Assembly: GCF_030689645.1 (NCBI RefSeq)
Contig: NZ_JAUYFU010000024.1
Location: 56,807 to 120,806 of the forward strand
Length of the DNA: 64,000 nucleotides
Source: Humidesulfovibrio sp.
Lineage (GTDB): Bacteria; Desulfobacterota; Desulfovibrionia; Desulfovibrionales; Desulfovibrionaceae
Reading direction: 5' to 3'
The notes under the pieces were generated by a model. It had not been told where the DNA came from and did no database searches. It saw only the letters and a program-made list of their open reading frames with translations. Below, piece by piece: positions 49,996 to 58,562 of the stretch. Within the stretch, counting starts at the first letter, position 1; the number at the start of each line of letters is the position of its first letter. A program made the position numbers and the translations under genes.

Positions 49996-50774
49996 ACGCG
50001 AAGCTCGCCATGGTCATAGACTCGGCAAAGTGCATCGACTGCAAGGCCTGCGTGGCCGCCTGCAAACAGGCCAACGGCGTGTCGCGCGGGGTGTGGCGCA
50101 ACTGGATCAAGGAGGCCGTGCCGCCCGTTGAGAATGGGAAGCTGGGCCGTGGGCACTTTCAGCCCGGCGCCTGCATGCATTGCGACGAGCCCTCCTGCGT
50201 TATTGCCTGCCCCACCGGAGCAACCTTTAAGGACAAGGCCGACGGTTCGGTGGTCATCGATCCCAAGCTGTGCATCGGCTGCGGCAACTGCATCCCCTCC
50301 TGCCCCTACGGCGCGCGCTTCCGCGACCCGGTGCGGCGCATCGCGGACAAGTGCACCTACTGCCCGGAGCGCCGGGCTGCCGGACTGCCCCCCGCGTGCG
50401 TGGACACCTGCCCCACCAAGGCCCGCGTCTTCGGCGACATCAGCGATCCGAACAGCGATGCCGCCAAGCTGCTTGCAGCCAACCAGGGCAAGGTGGTGCG
50501 CGTCATCGCCAAGCAAAACGACACCAAACCCAACATGTACTACATCGCCAGCACCGCGCCGGACGGCTGGGCGGTGAAGCCGGTGAACCCCTTGAGCTTT
50601 GACGCCCTTTCGCAGGTGGTGGCCCCGCTGGTGAAGTACGCCGTGGGACTCTCGGGCCTGGGCGTGCTGGCCATGCTGGGCCGGCAGCTTTTGGTCGGCC
50701 AGAAGCCGGATGTCGGCACGCCGCACGAAGGCCCGGAAAAGGACAAGAAGGAGGACGGCCATGACGCCCGCTAA
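49992..50774 (+). CDS. 4x[4Fe-4S] electron-transfer subunit with C-terminal membrane helix
   Basis: Four ferredoxin-type Cys clusters (CIDCKACVAAC, CMHCDEPSCVIAC, CIGCGNCIPSC, CTYC...CVDTC). A hydrophobic segment VAPLVKYAVGLSGLGVLAML follows. The start overlaps the upstream stop (ATGA). Confidence 0.88.
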   Translation: MNAKLAMVIDSAKCIDCKACVAACKQANGVSRGVWRNWIKEAVPPVENGKLGRGHFQPGACMHCDEPSCVIACPTGATFKDKADGSVVIDPKLCIGCGNCIPSCPYGARFRDPVRRIADKCTYCPERRAAGLPPACVDTCPTKARVFGDISDPNSDAAKLLAANQGKVVRVIAKQNDTKPNMYYIASTAPDGWAVKPVNPLSFDALSQVVAPLVKYAVGLSGLGVLAMLGRQLLVGQKPDVGTPHEGPEKDKKEDGHDAR

Positions 50775-51480
50775 CAACGAAATCAAGCGCCACGACCCCT
50801 CGGACATCCGCATCCACTGGTTCAACGCGGCCTGCTGGCTGGTGCTCCTGGTCAGCGGTCTGGGGCTCATCAAGAACGACAAGCTGAACCCCCTGGGCGC
50901 TTGGCTGCCCGATGTCCTACGGGCTCTTTTTGGCGGCGGCAGCGCAGGCGGTGCTGTGCTTCTGGTGCTCCACGAGGTGGTCGGGGTGGTCTGGCTGGTG
51001 GGCATCGTCATTTACATGGGCGTCAACGCTGGCGGAACGCGGTTCTTCCTGCGCGAGATCTTCAGCCTGCGCCCCGGCGATTTCACCTGGATGGTCCGCA
51101 AGATGCTGCGCATGACCGTCGGGGGAGGCGGCGAGCTGCCCCCCCAGGGCTACTACAACATGGGCCAGAAGGCCTTTGCCCAGGCGTCCGTCCTGGGGGG
51201 CATAGCCATCGGCGCAACCGGCATGATCCTGCTGGCCTCGGACAAGATTCTGCCCGCCTCTGTCGTGTGGCTTGTGGGCTGGGCCGTGACCCTGCACTAC
51301 TTGGCCGTGGGTCTCGTGTTCGCGGGCCTGCTGGTGCACATTTACATGGCGGCCATCTCGCCGGAGGAGAAGCCCGGCTTCCGCTCCATGTTCACGGGCA
51401 CCGTGCCGCGTGACTACGCCCGCCATCACCACGGCCTCTGGGTGGATGCGCTGGACAAGGGCGAGCCCGGCGCAAAGTGA
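50761..51480 (+). CDS. Dihaem cytochrome b membrane subunit (PhsC/FdnI-like)
   Basis: 239 aa from ATG 50761 with 4-5 TM helices and conserved His residues (IHWFNA, LHEVVG, LHYLAV...LVHIY). Confidence 0.8.
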   Translation: MTPANNEIKRHDPSDIRIHWFNAACWLVLLVSGLGLIKNDKLNPLGAWLPDVLRALFGGGSAGGAVLLVLHEVVGVVWLVGIVIYMGVNAGGTRFFLREIFSLRPGDFTWMVRKMLRMTVGGGGELPPQGYYNMGQKAFAQASVLGGIAIGATGMILLASDKILPASVVWLVGWAVTLHYLAVGLVFAGLLVHIYMAAISPEEKPGFRSMFTGTVPRDYARHHHGLWVDALDKGEPGAK

Positions 51481-51552
51481 TCGGCAATAGCGGGTACGGC
51501 GGGAATCCACCGGCCCGAGAGTCTGCAAACCCTCGAACGTAAGGAGACTGAC

Positions 51553-52653
51553 ATGAGACACGGCAAGCGACTGTTGCAGGTATTTATGCTGGCCCTGCTC
51601 ACCCTGGCCTTCGCGGTCCAGGCCCAGGCCGCCAACCCGGACTATTTCTACAAGAACCTCGTAGACATCAATTACGTGAAGCCCCTGGTCAAGGTGCCGA
51701 ACCCCGAGGGCGTGAAGCTCATCGACTCGCGCCCGTACCAGGGCAAGTACATCCAGGGCTACATCCCCACGGCCATCAGCCTGCCGGACAGCGAGTTCGA
51801 GAAGAAGGCCGCCGAGCTTCTGCCCAAGGACAAGAACGTCACCCTGGTGTTCTACTGCGAAGGCCCGGAGTGCAAGCTTTCCCACAACTCCGCGCGCAAG
51901 GCGGAGAAGCTTGGCTATAAGAACGTGAAGGTTTACCCCGGCGGCTACCCGGAGTGGGTGAAGGCTGGCAACTATCCGGCCATCGGCGTGGAGAACGTGA
52001 AGGAGATGCTGACCAAGGGCGAAACCTTCCTGCTCGTGGATTCCCGTCCGCTGGTGAAGTTCCTTGAGGGCAGCATCCCCTCCGCCGTCAGCATCCCGGA
52101 CTCCGGCTTCGAAAAGAAGACCGGCCTGCTGCCTGTCGACAAGTCCACTCAGCTGGTGTTCTTCTGCGGCGGCTACGAGTGCCCCCTGAGCCACTCCAGC
52201 GCCAGGAAGGCCATGGCCCTCGGTTACTCCAACGTGAAGGTCTGTGAGGCTGGCGAACCTGCCTGGGCCAAGCTGTACGGCGCATCGGGCGGCGGTTTGA
52301 AGGTGCAGACAGGCGGCGTTGAAGGCGCCATCAGCGTGGAGCAGTTCAAGAAGATCCTGGCCGAGAAGCCGGACAGCATCCAACTCATCGACGTGCGCGA
52401 CGCCGACGAGTTCGCTGCGGGCCATTCCCCCAGCGCCGTGAACATCCCGGTGAATGAGCTTGAGAAGAAGCTGCCCGGCATGAAGTTCGACAAGCCCGTG
52501 GTGTTCGTCTGCGCCACCGGCTCCCGCAGCGGCGAGGCCTATTACATGACTCGCGACCTGCGCAAGGATGTGAAGGACGTGTTCTACCTTGAGGCCACCA
52601 CCAAGTGGTCCAAGGACGGCACCTGCACCATCACCGACAACAAGAAGAAGTAG
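51553..52653 (+). CDS. Periplasmic protein with three rhodanese-like domains
   Basis: Signal peptide is ...LAFAVQAQAA. Three repeats have loops CEGPECKLS, CGGYECPLS and CATGSRSGE. Confidence 0.85.
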   Translation: MRHGKRLLQVFMLALLTLAFAVQAQAANPDYFYKNLVDINYVKPLVKVPNPEGVKLIDSRPYQGKYIQGYIPTAISLPDSEFEKKAAELLPKDKNVTLVFYCEGPECKLSHNSARKAEKLGYKNVKVYPGGYPEWVKAGNYPAIGVENVKEMLTKGETFLLVDSRPLVKFLEGSIPSAVSIPDSGFEKKTGLLPVDKSTQLVFFCGGYECPLSHSSARKAMALGYSNVKVCEAGEPAWAKLYGASGGGLKVQTGGVEGAISVEQFKKILAEKPDSIQLIDVRDADEFAAGHSPSAVNIPVNELEKKLPGMKFDKPVVFVCATGSRSGEAYYMTRDLRKDVKDVFYLEATTKWSKDGTCTITDNKKK

Positions 52654-52663
52654 CCGAAATGCC

Positions 52664-52693
52664 GCGGGTCGGGGGCGAATGTCTCCGGCCCGC
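52664..52693 (+). terminator. Hairpin after the rhodanese gene (weak terminator candidate)
   Basis: gcgggtcgg (52664-52672) pairs with ccggcccgc (52685-52693), 9 bp including one G-U pair. The U-run begins only 14 nt later. Confidence 0.35.
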
Positions 52694-52886
52694 GTGTCCT
52701 GACTGATTTTCGACGGCGGATTTCATGCCCTGCCTAACGGGTATTTCCGATTGAAGTTGTCGGGAATTTCGGGTAGCAAAAAAGCCCTGTGCAGCTTTGG
52801 GCGTTTGGCCCGCTTGCGGAGGCTTTTCTTGCCAAGTTCTGGTTTCAATGACATGCCGATTTCTGGCGGTGGCCTTTGCACCCCGG

Positions 52887-52907
52887 ATACCCCGTGCCGG
52901 CAGGGGG
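52887..52907. promoter_or_regulatory. C4/G4 inverted repeat C (candidate autoregulatory operator, degenerate right arm)
   Basis: ATACCCC gtgccggca GGGGG, about 85 nt upstream of the regulator ATG at 52991. Confidence 0.3.
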
Positions 52908-52910
52908 CGT

Positions 52911-52932
52911 GTTGCGCTGGCGTTGCGCTGGC
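52911..52932 (+). repeat. Tandem 11-nt duplication
   Basis: gttgcgctggc gttgcgctggc, read directly. It lies immediately after inverted repeat C. Confidence 0.9.
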
Positions 52933-52990
52933 GGGGCAGCCGGACAGGAATTCTGGCGGGTCTTTTGTACAAGCATCTCAGGAGGCGGTC

Positions 52991-53278
52991 ATGGCCAAGG
53001 AAGTGAAGGATCAGGAAGCCCTCAAGAAAGACGTCATGGCCCGCATGAAGCGCATTGAGGGGCAGGTGCGCGGCATTCAGCGCATGATCGACGAGGGCAA
53101 GGAGTGCGAGGACATTCTGGTGCAGGTGCGGGCGGTGCGTTCGGCCCTGCGGTCTGCCACCACCCAGATCATGCGCCGCTATCTGCTGCGTTGCAACGAG
53201 CAGGCCGCCCAGAGCGGCGATCCCAACGCCCAGTACGAGAAGCTCATGAAGCTCGTGTCGAATTTCATCGACGGTTAA
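52991..53278 (+). CDS. CsoR/RcnR-family (DUF156) repressor with x-C-x-C fingerprint (CstR-like)
   Basis: ATG 52991 follows GGAGG, giving 95 aa. Core is RIEGQVRGIQRMIDEGKECEDILVQVRAVRSAL...RYLLRC. It has Cys39 and Cys68, and Tyr64 where CsoR has the Cu-ligand His. Confidence 0.8.
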   Translation: MAKEVKDQEALKKDVMARMKRIEGQVRGIQRMIDEGKECEDILVQVRAVRSALRSATTQIMRRYLLRCNEQAAQSGDPNAQYEKLMKLVSNFIDG

Positions 53279-53381
53279 TTTTGCCCGCCTGACACCTTGC
53301 CCGGCCATGCGCTTCCGCTCTCCAGGGCTGGCGGCGCTGACTTGCAGCTTTTCAATCCCCTGAGGTTTAGGCTTCCGCCGC

Positions 53382-56300
53382 TTAGGCCTTCGCGTCGTTT
53401 TCGGCGCGTTGCGCTTTGCCGCGTCCCATGGCGCTCGAAATCTTATGCTGCAGCTTGTCCAGGTACACATAGTACACAGGCGTGAAGTACAGCGTCAAAA
53501 GCTGCGAAACCAGAAGCCCGCCCACCACCGCCAGGCCCAGGGGCCTGCGCGCCTCCGCGCCTGCGCCGAAGCCCAGGGCGATGGGCAGGGTGCCCATGAG
53601 CGCCGCCATGGTGGTCATCATGATGGGCCGGAAGCGCACCAGCGCACCCTCGAAGATTGCCGTAGCCCCGTCTTTGCCCTGCACGCGCTGGGCCTCCAGG
53701 GCGAAGTCGATCATCATGATGGCGTTCTTCTTCACGATGCCGATGAGCATGATGATTCCGACAAAGCCATACAGGTTCAAGTCCAGCTGGAAGATCATGA
53801 GGGTGAGCAGTGCGCCCGCGCCAGCCGAGGGAAGGCCCGAAAGAATCGTCAGCGGGTGGATGAAGCTCTCGTAGAGGATTCCCAGCACGATGTAGATGAC
53901 CACGATGGACACGATAAGGAGCAGCCACAATCCCTTGAATGAGGATTGGAAGGCTTGCGCCGTGCCCTGGAAGGTGGTGCTGAAGGTGGCGGGCAGAACC
54001 TCCCGCGCAACGGCCTGAACCTTGTCCACGGCTTCGCCCAAGGACACGCCGGGGCGCAGGTTGAAGGAGATGGTCACCGAGGGCAGCTGCCCCGAGTGGT
54101 TCACGGCCATGGGGCCGACGCTTACCTCGCGCTTCACCAGGGTGGAGAAGGGGACGAGCTTCCCGCCGGTGGCGCGCACGTACAGCATGTCCAGAGCCGA
54201 GGGGTCGCGCTGGAAGCGCGGCTCAAGCTCCATGAGCACCTTGTACGAGTTGTTGGCCGCGAAGATGGTGGACACCTCGCGCGGGCCGTAGGCGATGCCG
54301 AGGGCGTCCTCGATCTGCATGGCCGTGAGGCCCAGGGCCGAGGCCTTGTCGCGGTCAATGGCAAGATTCAGCTGCGGGTTCTTGAGTTGCAGGTCGCTGT
54401 TCACGTCCTGCAGCTCCGGCAGCTCGCGCAGGCGGGCTTCAAGAGCCTGGGAGCGCTGGAACAGGTCCGCTGTGTTGGGGCTTTGCAGGGTGAACTGGTA
54501 CAGAGCCTTGGTGTAGCTGGCGCCAAGGTTGATGGGCGGCGGATTCTGCAGAAAGGTCTTGATGCCCACGACGCTCGCGAGCTTCTTGCGCAGGCTTTGC
54601 AGCACCTCGTCGGCGCTCATGTCGCGCGCGTGGCGGGGCTTCAGGCGGATGAGCAGGCGGCCTGAGTTGCCTGCCGGGTTGGGTCCGCCCGCGCCCACCA
54701 GGGACATGAAGCCCTCCACGTTGGGGTCTGCCGCGATGATGTCGGCCACGCGGTTCTGGTGCTCCAGCATGTACTCGATGGAAATGCCCTGTTCGGCCTC
54801 GGTGACGCCCACCAGTTGGCCGATGTCCTCGCTGGGGATGAACCCCTTGGGGATGTATACGAACAGGAAGCCTGTGAGCAGCAGCAGCAGCAGCGAAAAG
54901 CCCAGGGTCAGGCGGCGGTGGACCATGGTCCAGGTGAGGGTGGTGCGGTAGAGGTCGAGCATGGCCTGGAAGGCGCGCTCTGTTGCGTTGTAGAACTTCC
55001 CGTGGGCCTCCTTGGCCGCGTGGGCGCCCTGCTTAAGCATCAGGCTCGCCAGCATGGGCGTGAGCGACAGGGAAACGAAGCCGGAGATGAGGATGGCCGT
55101 CATGATGGTGACGGCGAATTCGTTGAACAGCCGCCCCACGACGCCGCCCATGAACAGCACCGGGATGAACACTGCGGCCAGTGAGATGGTCATGGACACG
55201 ATGGTGAAGCCGATTTCGCCGGAGCCCTTGAGGGCCGCCTCGCGCGGGGCCATTCCGGCCTCGGTGTGGCGCACGATGTTTTCCAGCACCACGATGGCGT
55301 CGTCCACCACGAAGCCCACGGCCAGGGTGAGGGCCATGAGCGAAATGTTGTCCAGATTGAACTTGAGCTGGAGCATGACGGCAAAGGTGCCGATGACGCT
55401 CATGGGCAGGGCCAGGCTTGGGATGAACGTGGCGGAAAGGTTGCGTAGAAACAGGAAGATGACCAGCACCACCAGCACCACGGTGAGCACCAGGGTGAAC
55501 TTCACGTCATCCACGCTTTCGCGGATGGATTCCGAACGGTCGATGAGGGTGTCGACCTGCACCGAGGCGGGCAGCTGGCTCACGTAGCCGGGCAAAGCCT
55601 TCTTGATGGCGTCCACCACGCCCACTGTGTTTGTGCCGGGCTGGCGCTGCACGGCGAGCACCATGGCTGGAATCTTGTTGAACCGGTTGAAGCGCTTGTT
55701 GTTCTCGGCAGAATCGATGGCCGTGCCGATGTCGGAGATGCGCACGGGCGAGCCGTTCCGCCAGGCCACAATGAGCGGCAGGTAGGACTTGGAGTCCTTG
55801 AGCTGGCCGCTGGCCTCCACCGTATACTCACGCGTGGGGCCGGCCATGGTGCCGGTGGCGATGTTCGAGTTGCCCTTGCGCACGGCCTCAGCCACCTCGT
55901 CCACGCCGATGTCGCGGGCCGAGAGCTGCTCTGGGTTCAGCTGTACGCGCACGGCGTACTTCTGCTGGCCGTAGATCATCACCTGGGCCACGCCGCTGAT
56001 CATGGAGATGCGCTGGGCCAGCAGGGTCTCGGCGTACTCGTTCACCTGATACAGCGGCAGGGTGGGCGAGGACACAGCCAGGTACAGTATGGGCTGGTCC
56101 GCAGGATTCACTTTGCGCAGCACTGGCGGGGTGGGCAGGTCTGAAGGCAGGTTGCGCTGGGCCGCGGCGATGGCCGCCTGCACGTCCTGGGCTGCGGCGT
56201 CGATGTTGCGGTCCAGGCTGAACTGGAGCGTGATGCGCGTGTTGCCCAGCGTGTTGGTGGAGGTCATGGAGTCGATGCCCGCGATGTTGGAGAATTCCTT

Positions 56301-56504
56301 CTCCAGGGGCGTGGCGATGGACGAGGCCATGTTTTCCGGGCTTGCGCCGGGCATTGCGGCGGAAACTTGGAGGGTGGGGAAGTCCACGTTGGGCAGGTCG
56401 CTCACCGGAAGCTTGAAATAGGCCATGACGCCGAAAATGAGGATGGCCGCCATGACTAGGGTGGTCATGACCGGGCGTTCGATGAAGATGCGGGCGGGGT
56501 TCAC
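53382..56504 (-). CDS. RND efflux permease (HAE1/AcrB family)
   Basis: 1040 aa with a GTG start overlapping the MFP stop. MNPARIFIERPVMTTLVMAAILIFG... Layout is 12 TM helices plus two large periplasmic loops. Confidence 0.95.
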   Translation of the reverse strand: MNPARIFIERPVMTTLVMAAILIFGVMAYFKLPVSDLPNVDFPTLQVSAAMPGASPENMASSIATPLEKEFSNIAGIDSMTSTNTLGNTRITLQFSLDRNIDAAAQDVQAAIAAAQRNLPSDLPTPPVLRKVNPADQPILYLAVSSPTLPLYQVNEYAETLLAQRISMISGVAQVMIYGQQKYAVRVQLNPEQLSARDIGVDEVAEAVRKGNSNIATGTMAGPTREYTVEASGQLKDSKSYLPLIVAWRNGSPVRISDIGTAIDSAENNKRFNRFNKIPAMVLAVQRQPGTNTVGVVDAIKKALPGYVSQLPASVQVDTLIDRSESIRESVDDVKFTLVLTVVLVVLVIFLFLRNLSATFIPSLALPMSVIGTFAVMLQLKFNLDNISLMALTLAVGFVVDDAIVVLENIVRHTEAGMAPREAALKGSGEIGFTIVSMTISLAAVFIPVLFMGGVVGRLFNEFAVTIMTAILISGFVSLSLTPMLASLMLKQGAHAAKEAHGKFYNATERAFQAMLDLYRTTLTWTMVHRRLTLGFSLLLLLLTGFLFVYIPKGFIPSEDIGQLVGVTEAEQGISIEYMLEHQNRVADIIAADPNVEGFMSLVGAGGPNPAGNSGRLLIRLKPRHARDMSADEVLQSLRKKLASVVGIKTFLQNPPPINLGASYTKALYQFTLQSPNTADLFQRSQALEARLRELPELQDVNSDLQLKNPQLNLAIDRDKASALGLTAMQIEDALGIAYGPREVSTIFAANNSYKVLMELEPRFQRDPSALDMLYVRATGGKLVPFSTLVKREVSVGPMAVNHSGQLPSVTISFNLRPGVSLGEAVDKVQAVAREVLPATFSTTFQGTAQAFQSSFKGLWLLLIVSIVVIYIVLGILYESFIHPLTILSGLPSAGAGALLTLMIFQLDLNLYGFVGIIMLIGIVKKNAIMMIDFALEAQRVQGKDGATAIFEGALVRFRPIMMTTMAALMGTLPIALGFGAGAEARRPLGLAVVGGLLVSQLLTLYFTPVYYVYLDKLQHKISSAMGRGKAQRAENDAKA

Positions 56505-57766
56505 TGCGGCTTCCCCTGGCCTGCAGCCGGGCTGCCCAGGGGACCGGACTGCCGGTCCGGCTTGGTGGCGTTGTCTGCGCCGCGGGTTGCGGCGGCCTGG
56601 GGGGGCGGCGCTGCGGCGTTTTGATGGCCGCTTGCGTCAGCGGGCTGGGCCTTGATCTCCACCAAGGAGCCGGGCACCAACATTATCTGCCCGTCCACCA
56701 CAACCGTTTCGCCAGGGGCCAGGCCCTTGTCCACGATGAGCGTCTGATCGCCGCCGGGGCTGGTGGCGACCTCGCGCATCTCCACGCTCATGTCGCCCTT
56801 GACCACGAAGATGAACTGGCCGTTGACGCCGGACTGCACAGCCTGGGAAGGCACGATGACCGCGTTCAGCCGCTCGGCCAGGCGTATTCGCGCGCGCACG
56901 AACTGGCCGGGCCATAGCTGCAGGGACTTGTTGGAAAAGGTGGCCTTGAGGCGGATGGTGCCTGTGGTCTTGTCCACGTTGTTGTCGATGCTGGCGAGTT
57001 CGCCAGTGTCCAGAAGCTCGCCCTCGCCGGTTCGCGCCTCCACCGGAAGCTTGCCCAGGGCCGACTGGCGCTGGATCTCCGGCAGGTGCTTCTCCGGCAC
57101 GGAGAATACGACAGAAATGGGTGTGAGCTGGTTGATGACGAGCAGCACGCGGTCATCGCCCGCCTTGCCCACGACGTTCCCTTCCTGCACCAGAACATTT
57201 CCGGCGCGGCCAGAGATGGGGGCCTTGATGACGGCGTAGCCCAGTTGCAGGCGGGCCTGCTCCACAACTGCACGGTCCAGGGCCAAGGAGGCGCGGAGGG
57301 CCTCGGCGTTGGTGCGCATCTGCTCCATCAGATCGCGGCTCACAGCGCCCTGCTCGTAGAGCGTCAGGTAGCGCCGCAGATCGTCTTCGGCCTTGACCGC
57401 CTGGGCGTGATCCTTCTGGAGCCTCGCCTGAGCCTCTTCCATGAAGGCCCGGTAGGTGCGCGGGTCGATGTGGAACAGGACCTGGTCCTTGACCACGTCC
57501 TGGCCATCGCGCACCATCTGCTTGGCTATGACGCCGCTGATCTGGGGCTTGATGGACACGGAGGCGAAGGCCTCCACGTTGCCCACGGCCTGCACGAGCA
57601 CGGGCATGGTCATGGTTTTGGCCTCGGCCACCATCACCGGGATGGGGCGCTTGGCCTTGGAGTCGTTGCCGCCCGTCCTGTTGCAACCGCTCAGCGCAAG
57701 CAGCGCGAGAACTGCGAGCAGCAGAGCAAGAGCGGTCTTCGACGCAGGCACTGCGGGGCTGGGCAT
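56501..57766 (-). CDS. RND periplasmic adaptor (membrane fusion protein) lipoprotein
   Basis: 421 aa with lipobox LALSGC, and coiled-coil hairpin, lipoyl and beta-barrel regions. Confidence 0.92.
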   Translation of the reverse strand: MPSPAVPASKTALALLLAVLALLALSGCNRTGGNDSKAKRPIPVMVAEAKTMTMPVLVQAVGNVEAFASVSIKPQISGVIAKQMVRDGQDVVKDQVLFHIDPRTYRAFMEEAQARLQKDHAQAVKAEDDLRRYLTLYEQGAVSRDLMEQMRTNAEALRASLALDRAVVEQARLQLGYAVIKAPISGRAGNVLVQEGNVVGKAGDDRVLLVINQLTPISVVFSVPEKHLPEIQRQSALGKLPVEARTGEGELLDTGELASIDNNVDKTTGTIRLKATFSNKSLQLWPGQFVRARIRLAERLNAVIVPSQAVQSGVNGQFIFVVKGDMSVEMREVATSPGGDQTLIVDKGLAPGETVVVDGQIMLVPGSLVEIKAQPADASGHQNAAAPPPQAAATRGADNATKPDRQSGPLGSPAAGQGKPQ

Positions 57767-57808
57767 TTCCGGATATCCTTTGCAGCCGGGTGTTCCGGCT
57801 CTGTTGGC

Positions 57809-58462
57809 CTATGAACGTGTTTCGTCCGGTTTCGGCATGTTCTTCAGAGCGCTTAAGGAAAAATCCGCTATGTGTTGCGCCAGGGTCGCAATGCCTGCCT
57901 CGTCGAAGCGCATGCTGGGAATAAGCCTGCCGATGACGGAGCGCGAGCGGAAAACATACTGGCACTGACCAACCACGCTCATGGCGCAGTACTGGGTGCG
58001 CTGGTCGTCGGGCTGTGCGCCGTTCCCCAGCACCTCTGCCACGATTGAGCGCAACTGCTCCGACAGGGGCCGGATGTAGCGCTCGACTATGTGGTCCAAG
58101 GCCTCTGTGGGCTCTTGCAATTCTCTCGCCATGAGCTTGCCGCACCATGCGAAACGCTCGCCGCCGAGCATGCGCAGCAGGAACGAGTGGATGAAGGCGT
58201 AGAGGCGCTGCTCGCCGCTGGCTTCTGGACCAAGGTTCATGTGTGGGGGATAGCGCTTGAGCCCGGCCTCGAAGGCTTCGACCAGGAGCGACTTGTACAG
58301 GCCAGCCTTGTCGCCGAAGTGATAATGAACCGCCGCCACGTTGGCATTGGCGTGGCGGCAAATTTCTCTTACGGTCGCGGCCTTGAAGCCTTTTTCCGAA
58401 AAGATTTCGCCAGCTGCGTCCATGAGCCTGCGCTTTGTGTCGGTCAACTCAACCTGTTGCAT
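57809..58462 (-). CDS. TetR-family regulator, first gene of the RND operon
   Basis: 217 aa, RRLMDAAGEIFSEKGFKAATVREICRHANANVAAVHYHFGDK... Confidence 0.9.
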   Translation of the reverse strand: MQQVELTDTKRRLMDAAGEIFSEKGFKAATVREICRHANANVAAVHYHFGDKAGLYKSLLVEAFEAGLKRYPPHMNLGPEASGEQRLYAFIHSFLLRMLGGERFAWCGKLMARELQEPTEALDHIVERYIRPLSEQLRSIVAEVLGNGAQPDDQRTQYCAMSVVGQCQYVFRSRSVIGRLIPSMRFDEAGIATLAQHIADFSLSALKNMPKPDETRS

Positions 58463-58562
58463 GCTATCCTCCTGATCCGGTCTTGAAACGTCAGATTAAA
58501 ACGCTTGATTGAAAGAGTCAAATGGAATACGGAAGCGCTTCTTGAAATGCACAGGGAGTTGT

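Noticed and set aside
52631-53470. 279-aa minus-strand ORF spanning the rhodanese / CsoR-like spacer
   Set aside because: It is antisense to the CsoR-family gene, Arg/Pro/Ala-rich, has no ribosome-binding site and runs into the RND gene end.
58481-58547. TCTTGAAA direct repeats and the GAAGCGCTTC palindrome as a defined TetR operator of the RND/MFS locus
   Set aside because: The elements are short and imperfect, and I cannot distinguish them from chance without comparative data. They are mentioned only in the low-interest efflux finding.
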